Part shown: piece after piece, positions 48,512 through 57,308 of the stretch
Position numbering within the stretch: the stretch's first letter is position 1
Layout: each line of letters starts with the position of its first letter
Assembly (NCBI GenBank): GCA_035690365.1
Contig: DASSKP010000078.1
Location: 54,337-118,336 of the forward strand
Source of the DNA: Mycobacteriales bacterium
Lineage (GTDB): Bacteria; Actinomycetota; Actinomycetes; JAFAQI01
Length of the DNA stretch: 64,000 nt
Direction: 5' to 3'
Notes under the pieces: generated by a model
What the model was told of the DNA's origin: nothing
Database searches by the model: none
What the model saw: the letters and a program-made list of their open reading frames with translations, nothing else
Position numbers and translations under genes: made by a program

Positions 48512-49281
48512 CGACGACGACTGACGCATCGGGCTCGGCGTCCGCGACCGCAGGGGTGCGCAGAGCCGACGTGTGCTGCGTCGCGATCGCCGAGTGCTTC
48601 CGGGGCGACGGGGAGATCGTCGCCAACCCGATCGGCACGATCCCGCGCATCGGCGGCCTGCTCGCCCGCGCGTCGTTCGAGCCCGACCTCGTCATGACCG
48701 ACGGCGAAGCGATGTTCAGCAACGCCGACGGCGTCGTCGAGGCGTGGAACCCCTACCGCTCGATGTTCGACGTCGTCTGGTCCGGTCGCCGTCACGTCAT
48801 CATGGGCGGCAGCCAGATCGACGCCATGGGCAACCAGAACTTCGCCGCGATCGGCGACATGAAGCATCCGAAGGTGCAGCTGCTCGGCTTCCGCGGTGCA
48901 CCGGGCAACACGGCCAACAACGTCACGTCCTACTGGGTGCCGGCGCACGGACCGCGTGTCCTCGTCCCGCAGGTCGACGTCGTGACCGGCATCGGCTACG
49001 ACCGCGCTGCTGCGGCTGGAGCCGCGGCGACGCGCTACCACTCGGTGCGGTTCGTCGTGACCAACCTCGCCGTGCTCGACTTCGAGACGCCGGACCACCG
49101 AATGCAGCTGCGTTCCGTGCACCCGGGCGTGACGGTCGACGACGTCGTTGCCGCGACCGGCTTCGAGCTCGTCGTCCCGGCTGACGTGCCGGAGTCGAGG
49201 ACGCCGACCGAGGCCGAGCTCGCGTTGCTCGAGCAGATCGACCCGGCGGGCGAGCGCTTCGCCGAGGTCCCCGATGCCTGA
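48508..49281 (+). CDS. CoA-transferase beta subunit (IpdB-like)
   Basis: Its ATG overlaps the alpha-subunit stop (ATGA). It corresponds to the C-terminal part of the 570-aa track ORF. Confidence 0.8.
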   Translation: MTTTTDASGSASATAGVRRADVCCVAIAECFRGDGEIVANPIGTIPRIGGLLARASFEPDLVMTDGEAMFSNADGVVEAWNPYRSMFDVVWSGRRHVIMGGSQIDAMGNQNFAAIGDMKHPKVQLLGFRGAPGNTANNVTSYWVPAHGPRVLVPQVDVVTGIGYDRAAAAGAAATRYHSVRFVVTNLAVLDFETPDHRMQLRSVHPGVTVDDVVAATGFELVVPADVPESRTPTEAELALLEQIDPAGERFAEVPDA

Positions 49282-50338
49282 CGCACTGGCGCCGATCGCG
49301 ACGCGGCTGACCGAGCTCTTCGGCATCCGCTACCCGATCGTCCAGACCGGCATGGGATGGGTCGCGACCCCACAGCTCGCCGCCGCGACGTCCGCGGCCG
49401 GCGGCCTCGGGATCCTCGCCGCCGCGACGATGTCGCTCGACGAGCTCCGTCGCGCGGTGAAAGAGGTACGCGAGCGCACCGACGCGCCGTACGGCGTCAA
49501 CATGCGCGCCGACCAGCCGGACGTCGTCGAACGGGTCGACCTGCTGATCCGCGAGGGTGTGCGGGTGGCGTCGTTCGCGATGGCGCCGAAGCAGGACCTG
49601 ATCAAGCGACTGCACGACGGCGGCGTGCTCGTGATGCCGTCGATCGGCGCGAAGCGTCACGCCGAGAAAGTCGCCGCGTGGGGCGTCGACGCGGTGCTCG
49701 TGCAGGGTGGTGAAGGCGGTGGCCACACCGGCTCGGTGCCGACGACACTGCTGCTGCCGCAGGTCGTCGACACCGTCGACGTACCCGTCGTCGCTGCCGG
49801 CGGCTTCTTCGACGGCCGAGGTCTGGTCGCCGCGCTGTCCTACGGCGCGAGTGGTGTCGCAATGGGCACGCGCTTCCTGCTGACGGCCGACAGTCCCGTG
49901 CCGGAGGCGGTCAAGCGGCACTACCTGTCCAAGTCGGTCACCGACACCGTCGTGACGAAGCAGGTCGACGGCGTGCCGCACCGAGTCCTGCGCAGTGATC
50001 TGGTCGACAGCCTCGAGTCGGCCGGCACGACGCGTCGGTTCGCCGGCGCGGTCCGCAGTGCGCTCGCGTTCCAGCGGCTGTCCGGCACGCCGTGGCGCGA
50101 CATGGTCCGGGAGGGCCGCGCCATGCGCCGCACTCAGGAGCTGAGCTGGAGCCAGGTGCTGATGGCGGCCAACACCCCGATGCTGCTGCGGGCGGCGATG
50201 GTCGACGGGCGTGACGACCTCGGCGTGATGGCGGCCGGGCAGGTGGTCGGCCTCATCGACGATCTGCCGACGTGCGACGAGCTGATCCGCCGCATCGTGA
50301 CGCAGGCGCACGACGTGCTGGCGGGTCTTCCGGCCTGA
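49274..50338 (+). CDS. Nitronate monooxygenase / NAD(P)H-dependent flavin oxidoreductase family (Rv3553-like)
   Basis: It has an FMN TIM-barrel with the motifs YPIVQTGMGWVA and GGEGGGH. Its start overlaps the upstream gene by 8 nt. Confidence 0.8.
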   Translation: MPDALAPIATRLTELFGIRYPIVQTGMGWVATPQLAAATSAAGGLGILAAATMSLDELRRAVKEVRERTDAPYGVNMRADQPDVVERVDLLIREGVRVASFAMAPKQDLIKRLHDGGVLVMPSIGAKRHAEKVAAWGVDAVLVQGGEGGGHTGSVPTTLLLPQVVDTVDVPVVAAGGFFDGRGLVAALSYGASGVAMGTRFLLTADSPVPEAVKRHYLSKSVTDTVVTKQVDGVPHRVLRSDLVDSLESAGTTRRFAGAVRSALAFQRLSGTPWRDMVREGRAMRRTQELSWSQVLMAANTPMLLRAAMVDGRDDLGVMAAGQVVGLIDDLPTCDELIRRIVTQAHDVLAGLPA

Positions 50339-50342
50339 CCGC

Positions 50343-51227
50343 TCAGGCGATCGCGGCGATGACCCGCGTGAGGGCGCGGATCGTCTCCTCGTTGATCGGC
50401 GTCACGACGAGAATCGCCTCGTCGACGCGGGCGTCGGCGAACGCCTGAAGCTGCTCGGCGATCCGCTCCGCCGACCCTGTGACCGGCGGGGTCGAGGCGG
50501 AGATCGGCCGGGTCGGCTCTCCCTCGTCGAGCACGACCTGCACGGTCGCGCTACGCCAGACCTCGCTCGGCTCTCGACCGATCTCCCGGAGGATCGCCGT
50601 GACGCGGTCGTTCTCGCGGGTGAAGCCGTCAGGGGTGTTGCCGAACCAGTCGTACCAGATGTTCCAGCCGTCGAGGTGTGGCAGCGCGGCGCGCAGCACC
50701 CGCTCGCCGGTCGATCCGACCATCAGCGCGGGTCGGGTGGCGGGCGCCGGCAGGAGTACGGCGTCTTGCAGGCCGCCGGCGTTGCCGTCGGTCGTCACTC
50801 GCTCGCCGGCCAGAAGCAGCCGAATGGTGTCGAAAGCCTCGACGAAGCGTGCGGCGCGGCGGTCGTAGGGCACGCCGAAGGCGCGGAACTCCGTTTCGTT
50901 CCAGCCGGCGCCGAGACCGAGCACGAGCCGGCCGCCGCTGATCTCCTGGACCGCCGCAGCCCGGCGGGCGAGCAGCCACGGCGGGCCGAACGCCGTACAG
51001 GAGACGAGCGGACCGAGCCGGACCGTCTGGGTGGCGGCCGCGAGCCCGGCCAGCAGCGACCAGGCGTCCCACGGGCCACGCTCCTCGCGGCCGTCGTCGC
51101 GATAGAGGAGATGGTCGCCGATCCAGATCGAGTCGAAGCCGCCCTCCTCGGCGGCCCGGGCCATGGCGACGTACTCCGGCCAGCGCACGAGCCGCTCGAC
51201 CTCCGGAAGCTGGACACCCCATCGCAC
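50343..51227 (-). CDS. LLM-class (luciferase-like) flavin/F420-dependent oxidoreductase
   Basis: It has a bacterial luciferase-like TIM-barrel (FDSIWIGDHLL, LGLGAGW). Confidence 0.8.
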   Translation of the reverse strand: MRWGVQLPEVERLVRWPEYVAMARAAEEGGFDSIWIGDHLLYRDDGREERGPWDAWSLLAGLAAATQTVRLGPLVSCTAFGPPWLLARRAAAVQEISGGRLVLGLGAGWNETEFRAFGVPYDRRAARFVEAFDTIRLLLAGERVTTDGNAGGLQDAVLLPAPATRPALMVGSTGERVLRAALPHLDGWNIWYDWFGNTPDGFTRENDRVTAILREIGREPSEVWRSATVQVVLDEGEPTRPISASTPPVTGSAERIAEQLQAFADARVDEAILVVTPINEETIRALTRVIAAIA

Positions 51228-51392
51228 GCCGTGCCTCCGCAGTTCGGGCGGTTCTCACCGGGCGTTCAGGTCCACCTCATCCTGCCGGGATCTTCTGGCG
51301 AGGTGGCGCTCAAGCCCCGCCGGGGTACCACCCGATACAGAGCCTGACAGGGATCGAGGCGTACTCGATCGACGAAGCGACTCCGGAACGAA

Positions 51393-52076
51393 GTGGCGGT
51401 GCCCCAGACCATGGTCGAGGCCACCACGTCCGAAGCCCACGCCGAGCGCCCCCACATCCGCGTGGTCCTGCGCCACCTCGGCCTCAGCCTGCTGTGGGCC
51501 AACGTCATCCCGGCCGCGTTGTTCTACACGAGCTTCCGGCTGGGCAACGTCTGGACGGCGCTGATCGTCGCGCTGACCTGGTGCTACGGCGTTCTAGGCT
51601 GGCGGCTCGCGACCGGGCGCCGGATGTCCGGTCTGCTCCTGATCACCGCACTCGGCCTCACCGTCAAGACGACGGTCACGCTCGCCACCGGCGACACGTT
51701 CCTGTACTTCGCGCAGCCTGCTGTCAACGACGCGGCTGTCGGCTTCATGTTCCTCGCGTCGTTGACCAGCACGCGACCGGTCGTCGCCCGGCTCGCCCAC
51801 GACTTCTTCCCGATGACGGAAGAGGTCGCCAGCCGGCCCGCCATCAAGCGGCTCTGCTACCGCCTGACGTTCTTCTGGGCCGGCGTCTGCATGGTGAAGT
51901 CGGCCTCGACGGTCTGGCTCCTCGAGAACACCCGGTTGTCGACGTTCGTCGCGATCAAGAGCGTGCTGACGCCGACGATTGCGGGGCTCGCGGTCGCGGT
52001 CACGCTGACCGTGGCCTACCGGGCGCTGCGCAACGAGGGGCTCCTGCACTCCACGCCGGCGCCGGTGCCGGCCTGA
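51393..52076 (+). CDS. Multi-pass membrane protein of unknown function
   Basis: The 227-aa protein has about 6 TMs. Confidence 0.55.
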   Translation: MAVPQTMVEATTSEAHAERPHIRVVLRHLGLSLLWANVIPAALFYTSFRLGNVWTALIVALTWCYGVLGWRLATGRRMSGLLLITALGLTVKTTVTLATGDTFLYFAQPAVNDAAVGFMFLASLTSTRPVVARLAHDFFPMTEEVASRPAIKRLCYRLTFFWAGVCMVKSASTVWLLENTRLSTFVAIKSVLTPTIAGLAVAVTLTVAYRALRNEGLLHSTPAPVPA

Positions 52077-52083
52077 CGGTCCG

Positions 52084-53265
52084 TCACCCGGACGTCGCCG
52101 CGAGCGCGTCCGACCAGCTCGTGCCCGCCGCGAGCAGGGGGTTGAGCTTCATCACCTGTCCCGCCGATCGCAGCCCGAAGACGCCGCCGAGCAGGTCGCC
52201 GGACCGGACGAGCGCGACCCACTTCGGATCGTCGAACGACCCGCGTACGACGGCGATCTCGTCTCCGGCCCCGGCGAAACCCAGGCACTGGAGCTTGGCG
52301 TCGTACTGGTCGGACCAGAAGTAGGGCACCGGGTCGAAGTCTGCGGGGTCGCCGCAGATGCCGCGCGCCACGTGGTCGGGTTGCTCGCTCGCGTTGGTCC
52401 AGTGCTCGAGGCGCACGGTGCGACCGAGGCGGGCCGACTGCCATCTGCAGACGTCGCCGACCGCCCAGACGCCTGGCGCGGCCTGCAGCGTCGCGTCACA
52501 CACGACGCCGTCGTCGATGGGGAGGCCGGAGCCGTCCAGCCAGCTCGTCGACGGCGCGACGCCGATGCCGACCACGACCACATCGGCGGGGAGCTGCGTG
52601 CCGTCGGTGAGAGTCACTTCCTCGACCTGGGCCTCGCCGCTGACCTGCGCGACGCCGACGCCACAGCGGATGTCGACCCCGTGCTCGGCGTGCAGCCGGC
52701 CGATCGCCTCGCCGACCTTGACGTCGAGGACACGCGCGAGCGGCGCGGCGAGGATGTCGACGACGGTGACGTGCGCCCCGCGGGCACGAGCGCTCGCCGC
52801 GACCTCGAGGCCGATGAAGCCGGCGCCCACGATGACGACACGAGTGCCTTCGTCCAGCTCGTCGCGCAGGGCGGCGCAGTCGTCGAGAGTGCGCAACGTG
52901 TGCACCCCTCGCAACCAGACTCCGGGCAACGTGCGCGGCTGCGCGCCGGTGGCGATGACGAGGTCGTCGTACGTGATCGTGGTGCCGTCGTCGAGGTCGA
53001 GCTGGCGGTTGGGTGGGCGCAGAGCCGTTGCGCGAACTCCCAGCCGTAGCGCGACGTCGAGCGCTGCCAGCTCACCACTGCTGCGCAGGGTCGCGGTCGA
53101 CGGATGCTTGTCGCCACGGAGCACCTCCTTCGACAGCGGAGGGCGGCTGTAGGGCGAGTGCTTCTCCTCACCGAGGAGAACGATGTCGCCGTCGTAGCCG
53201 CGGCGGCGCAGCGCCTCGCACGTGCGTACGCCGGCCAGTCCTGCTCCGACGACGACGACGGTCAC
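52084..53265 (-). CDS. FAD-dependent pyridine nucleotide-disulfide oxidoreductase (ferredoxin reductase-type)
   Basis: It has a GxGxxG motif at the N-terminus (VVVVGAGLAG) and a second one mid-protein (VVIVGAGFIGLE). Confidence 0.8.
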   Translation of the reverse strand: MTVVVVGAGLAGVRTCEALRRRGYDGDIVLLGEEKHSPYSRPPLSKEVLRGDKHPSTATLRSSGELAALDVALRLGVRATALRPPNRQLDLDDGTTITYDDLVIATGAQPRTLPGVWLRGVHTLRTLDDCAALRDELDEGTRVVIVGAGFIGLEVAASARARGAHVTVVDILAAPLARVLDVKVGEAIGRLHAEHGVDIRCGVGVAQVSGEAQVEEVTLTDGTQLPADVVVVGIGVAPSTSWLDGSGLPIDDGVVCDATLQAAPGVWAVGDVCRWQSARLGRTVRLEHWTNASEQPDHVARGICGDPADFDPVPYFWSDQYDAKLQCLGFAGAGDEIAVVRGSFDDPKWVALVRSGDLLGGVFGLRSAGQVMKLNPLLAAGTSWSDALAATSG

Positions 53266-54161
53266 GTGGTCTGCAGGTCAGGCTGCTTTCCCGCGACCAT
53301 CCGCCGGAAGCCCTCGCGCCAGCCGATCGTGGTGTGTCCGATGAGCTCGTGCATGCGGGTGAGGTCGAGGCAGACGCTCGCGAGCGACTGGTCGCTGGCG
53401 ACGAGCTTCGGTGTCACGCCGGTGAGCTCGCCGAGGTACGCCGTCCACTCCTCGACGCTCACGCGCTCGTCGCCGCCCCAGTTGGTGATGGTCGCAGGCA
53501 CGCTTGCGACATCGAGGAGCTTGGGCACCGTCGCGACGATGTCCTCGGAGTGGATCGGGTGGAACTCGCTCGGCGCGTCCGGGTGGACCGCGACCTCCTG
53601 GCCGCTCTGCATCAGCGCGAGGTGGAACATCGGCCAGCCCCAGCCGTCGCCGTAGGGCACGTTGAGGCGGGCGATCGTCGTCGGGAGGTTGTAGCGCCGG
53701 GCGCCGTGGCGGGCCGCTGCCTCGGCGGCGATCTTGCAGATGGAGTAGGTCGGCAGGAAGTAGTTGCGGTGGCTGTCGCCGAGCGGGGAGTCCTCGGTGA
53801 AGGCGGTGTGGCCGTCGGGCTGGTAGACGGCAGTGGTGCTGCAGTGCAGGAAGGCGCGGGCGTCGGCGTACTTCTCCATCAGCAACGCGAGGCCGCCGAC
53901 GTTGCCGTCGAGGTCGACGCCCCATTTCTGGCTCTTCACGACGGCGAAGTGCAGGACGTAGTCGACGCTGTCCGGCAGGTCGCTCAGGTCACCCTTGACC
54001 AGGTCGAGGCGCGCCGTCTTCACGCCGGCGGCGTGCAGCGGGTCGCGGGCTGCGTCGTCGCGGAAGCGGGCGGCACCGATGACCTCGTGCTCTTTGGCCA
54101 GTGCTTCGGCCACGGGACGCGCGACGTCACTCGTGACGCCCGTGACGAGATACCGCGCCAT
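53262..54161 (-). CDS. NAD-dependent epimerase/dehydratase family protein
   Basis: It has an N-terminal Rossmann fold (YLVTGVTSDVARPVAEALAKEHEV). Confidence 0.8.
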   Translation of the reverse strand: MARYLVTGVTSDVARPVAEALAKEHEVIGAARFRDDAARDPLHAAGVKTARLDLVKGDLSDLPDSVDYVLHFAVVKSQKWGVDLDGNVGGLALLMEKYADARAFLHCSTTAVYQPDGHTAFTEDSPLGDSHRNYFLPTYSICKIAAEAAARHGARRYNLPTTIARLNVPYGDGWGWPMFHLALMQSGQEVAVHPDAPSEFHPIHSEDIVATVPKLLDVASVPATITNWGGDERVSVEEWTAYLGELTGVTPKLVASDQSLASVCLDLTRMHELIGHTTIGWREGFRRMVAGKQPDLQTT

Positions 54162-54186
54162 GACGACCCCTCCACCCGATCACAAA

Positions 54187-54203
54187 TCTGACGACCCGTC
54201 AGA
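54187..54203. promoter_or_regulatory. 17-bp palindrome TCTGACGACCCGTCAGA (candidate operator)
   Basis: This is a perfect inverted repeat 26 nt upstream of the epimerase start on the minus strand. Confidence 0.4.
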
Positions 54204-54205
54204 TA

Positions 54206-55081
54206 CTAGCCGCGGCGGTGGCGGACGAGGCCTTCCTGGACGACCGAACAGATGCGCCGGCCGTCCTGGGTGTAGATGCCGCCGGTGCCGAGACCGCGAG
54301 CACCGCCGGCCCAGGGGGAGTGCTGGTCGTAGAGCAGCCACTGGTCGGCTCGGAACTCCGAGTGGAACCACATGGCGTGGTCGAGGCTCGCGATGAAGAC
54401 GTTGCCGTCGGAGAAGTCGATGCCGTGGGGGAGCAGCACGGAGTCGAGCAGCGTCATGTCGCTCGCGTAGGCGAGGACGCAGACGTGCAGCAGCGGGTCG
54501 TCCGGCAGCTCTCCGGCTGCTCGGATCCACACCTGCGAGTTCGGCGCGCGGCCGCCCGACTCGCCCTTCGTCGCTGCGATCGGCCAGGGATCGTCGACGT
54601 GCCGTAGGTCGATGGGTCGGGGCTGCCGCCGGCGGTGCGGGAACTTGTCGGCGAGTGGCGCCCACCGCTCCTCGAAGGTCGGCAGCGTCTCGGGGTCCGG
54701 GGCCGACGGCATCGGGTCCTGATGCTCGACGCCCTGCTCCGGGACCATGAACGACGCCGTCAGCACGAAGACCGCTCGTCCGTGCTGCAATGCGGTCACT
54801 CGTCGCGTGCTCATCGTGCGGGTGTCGCGCGTGATGTCCACGCTGTAGATCAGCGGCACCGCCGGGTCGCCGGCGTGCAGGAAGTAGGCGTGCAAGGAGT
54901 GGACGCGCCGCTCGGGATCAACCGTGCGGCCGCCGGCGACGAGCGCCTGGCCGGCGACCTGGCCGCCGAAGACCCGCTGGACCGAGGTGTCCGGAGACAG
55001 GCCGCGGAACAACGTGTCCTCGAGCTGCTCGATGTCGAGCAGCTTGAGCAACAGGTCGAGCGGCTGGTCCTCCGTCGTCAC
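54206..55081 (-). CDS. Acyl-CoA thioesterase II (TesB-like)
   Basis: It has a double hotdog fold, and its N-terminus aligns with TesB (LLKLLDIEQLEDTLFRG). The GTG start at 55081 is preferred, because ATG 55138 would overlap the divergent gene. Confidence 0.8.
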   Translation of the reverse strand: MTTEDQPLDLLLKLLDIEQLEDTLFRGLSPDTSVQRVFGGQVAGQALVAGGRTVDPERRVHSLHAYFLHAGDPAVPLIYSVDITRDTRTMSTRRVTALQHGRAVFVLTASFMVPEQGVEHQDPMPSAPDPETLPTFEERWAPLADKFPHRRRQPRPIDLRHVDDPWPIAATKGESGGRAPNSQVWIRAAGELPDDPLLHVCVLAYASDMTLLDSVLLPHGIDFSDGNVFIASLDHAMWFHSEFRADQWLLYDQHSPWAGGARGLGTGGIYTQDGRRICSVVQEGLVRHRRG

Positions 55082-55136
55082 CCGCCGATTGTCGCAGCGA
55101 CCGGCAGGTGTCAGGCCACCTGGATAGCGTCGGGCC

Positions 55137-55685
55137 ATGAGTCGCCTGGTCGTCATGTTGTCGATGTCGCTCGACGGGTTCTTCGAGGGACCGGACGCCG
55201 ACATCTCCTGGCACCACGTCACCGAGGAGCTGCACCGGGACATGAACGCGCTGCTCGGCGCGAGCGGCGGCCTGCTCAACGGTCGTCGCAACTGGGAGCT
55301 CATGGCCGGTTTCTGGCCCGACGTCCCCTCCGACGAGCCCGAGGTGATGCAGGAGTTCTCCGCCATTTGGAACCGGATCCCGCAGCATGTGTTCTCGACG
55401 ACGCTGGACCGGGTCGAGCACGGCGCGATCCTGCACCGATCTGTCGACGTCGTACCCGATCTGAAGGCGCAGGCCGACGGGGACCTCTACGCCGGCGGCG
55501 GCACACTGGCGGCCGAGCTCGCCAGACGCGGCTGGGTCGACAGCTACCTGCTGCACGTCGTTCCCGTCGTGCTCGGCGACGGGACGCCGCTGTTCGCCAA
55601 AGGGCAGCGCCAGGAGCTGCAGCTGGTGGCGCAGAAGACGTACGACGGCGGCGTCGTCCAGCTGAGGTACGACGTCATTCGGTGA
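55137..55685 (+). CDS. Dihydrofolate reductase-family protein (RibD C-terminal-like)
   Basis: It has the pattern LVVMLSMSLDGFFEGPD...LLNGRRNWE. Confidence 0.7.
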   Translation: MSRLVVMLSMSLDGFFEGPDADISWHHVTEELHRDMNALLGASGGLLNGRRNWELMAGFWPDVPSDEPEVMQEFSAIWNRIPQHVFSTTLDRVEHGAILHRSVDVVPDLKAQADGDLYAGGGTLAAELARRGWVDSYLLHVVPVVLGDGTPLFAKGQRQELQLVAQKTYDGGVVQLRYDVIR

Positions 55686-55703
55686 CGTCCGCGCCGGCAG
55701 CGG

Positions 55704-55982
55704 CTATTCGCCGTCGCTGCCGAGAAGCGCGGCGAGCAGGTCGGCGTCGACATCGTCCAGATCGAGCACCTTCGTCCGGCTCTTGAAGCCGGTCGCGATG
55801 CGCACGCTGTGCCGCGGCACCCCTAGCGCAGCCGACACCGACCTGAGCACGGCGTCGTTGGCCTTGCCGTCGACCGCAGGCGCGGTCACGCGCACGATCA
55901 GGATCGGCGGCTCGTCAGAGCCATAACGGCCGCCGACGCGCGCGTGCTTCGCACCCGGGTAGACGCGAACGCTCAGCCGCAC
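55704..55982 (-). CDS. DUF167 (YggU-like) protein
   Basis: It has a GTG start. The core is VRLSVRVYPGAKHARVGG...ANDAVLRSVSAALGVPRHSVRIATGFKSRTKVL. Confidence 0.6.
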   Translation of the reverse strand: MRLSVRVYPGAKHARVGGRYGSDEPPILIVRVTAPAVDGKANDAVLRSVSAALGVPRHSVRIATGFKSRTKVLDLDDVDADLLAALLGSDGE

Positions 55983-55993
55983 GACGCCATTGT

Positions 55994-56467
55994 TCAGGCT
56001 TCGTCGTAGGCGCGTTGCAGCTCGGCGACGTCGAGCTTCTGCATCTTCAGCATTGCCTGCGTCGCGGCCGCGGCGCGCTTGCTGTCCGGACCGCTGATCA
56101 GGCCGAACAGCTGCCGAGGCACGACCTGCCACGACAGGCCGTACTTGTCCTTGAGCCAGCCGCACTGGCTGTACTCGCCGCCTTCACCGAGCGCCTTCCA
56201 GTAGTGGTCGACCTCGTCCTGGTCGTCGCAGTCGATCTGCAGAGAGATCGCTTCCGTGAAGGTGAACTCCGGGCCACCATTGAGTGCGACGTACGGCCGG
56301 CCATCCAGCTCGAACTCAACAGTTCCGACACGGCCGGGTTCGCCGGGACCGCCTTCGCTCCAACGCATGATGCTGACGATCCGTGAGTTCTTGAAAAGCG
56401 ACGTGTAGAACGTCGCCGCTTCTTCCGCCTGGTCGTCGAACCACAGGAACGTCCGGATTGCCTGCAT
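55994..56467 (-). CDS. VOC-family protein (PhnB-like)
   Basis: The 157-aa protein has a glyoxalase-fold. Confidence 0.7.
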   Translation of the reverse strand: MQAIRTFLWFDDQAEEAATFYTSLFKNSRIVSIMRWSEGGPGEPGRVGTVEFELDGRPYVALNGGPEFTFTEAISLQIDCDDQDEVDHYWKALGEGGEYSQCGWLKDKYGLSWQVVPRQLFGLISGPDSKRAAAATQAMLKMQKLDVAELQRAYDEA

Positions 56468-56470
56468 GAA

Positions 56471-57238
56471 CTACGCCTTCCTCAACTTGAACGTCGCGCC
56501 ATGGGGGTCGAGGACGGCGGCAAGCCGGCCGTAGGGCGTGTCCTCCGGTGCGTGGACGACAGTGCTGCCGAGAGCAACTGCGTGATCGACCGTCGCATCG
56601 ACGCTGTCGACTGCCCAGTAGACCGACCAGCACGAGGGTGCGTCCGGCGGCAGGAACCCAGCGGCGTCCATGACGCCGGCCAACGGAAGGCCGCCGTACT
56701 GCAACGTCGTGTAGCGGAAGTCGTCGCTGTCGCTCTCGACATGCGTGTCCCAGCCGAAGACGTTGCGGTAGAACGCAAGCACCGCGTCGTAGTCGCGCGT
56801 GTGCAGCTCGAACCAGCTCGGCGAGCCCGGCTCCTCGACGATGCCGAAGCCTTGATGCGTGCCAGGCTGCCAGACGCCGACGCCCGCGCCGCCCGGGTCG
56901 GCGAGAAACGCCATCGTGCCGATGTCGTCGATGGGCATTGCGGCCACGTGGATCAGCCCGCCCTCCGACTCGGCGGCGGCCAGAGTCTTCTCCGCGTCCT
57001 CGCTGGCGAGGTAGACCGACCAGACGTCCGTCACGGGAGCGCCGGGCTCGCTGGCCATGCAGCCGGCGACACGGACGCCGTCCTTGCGAAAACTGAAGTA
57101 GCCACCGTGCGACTCGTCCGGCTCCTCAGCCGTCCAGCCGAAGATCGCGCCGTAGAACTCTCGGCTGGCCTCGGTGTCCGAGGTCATGAGATCGGTCCAG
57201 CAGGGCGCTCCGATGATGGCTCTGTCCCGTGTCGGCAT
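56471..57238 (-). CDS. VOC-family (glyoxalase/bleomycin-resistance/dioxygenase) two-domain protein
   Basis: The motifs FYGAIFGW and FYRNVFGW show the two tandem glyoxalase-fold modules. Confidence 0.75.
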   Translation of the reverse strand: MPTRDRAIIGAPCWTDLMTSDTEASREFYGAIFGWTAEEPDESHGGYFSFRKDGVRVAGCMASEPGAPVTDVWSVYLASEDAEKTLAAAESEGGLIHVAAMPIDDIGTMAFLADPGGAGVGVWQPGTHQGFGIVEEPGSPSWFELHTRDYDAVLAFYRNVFGWDTHVESDSDDFRYTTLQYGGLPLAGVMDAAGFLPPDAPSCWSVYWAVDSVDATVDHAVALGSTVVHAPEDTPYGRLAAVLDPHGATFKLRKA

Positions 57239-57308
57239 GGCTGCCTCCTCGCTGACGTGCTCAGACTGTCACGAGGTACGACGTCCTGCCGGGCCGGAAA
57301 TCATCGGC

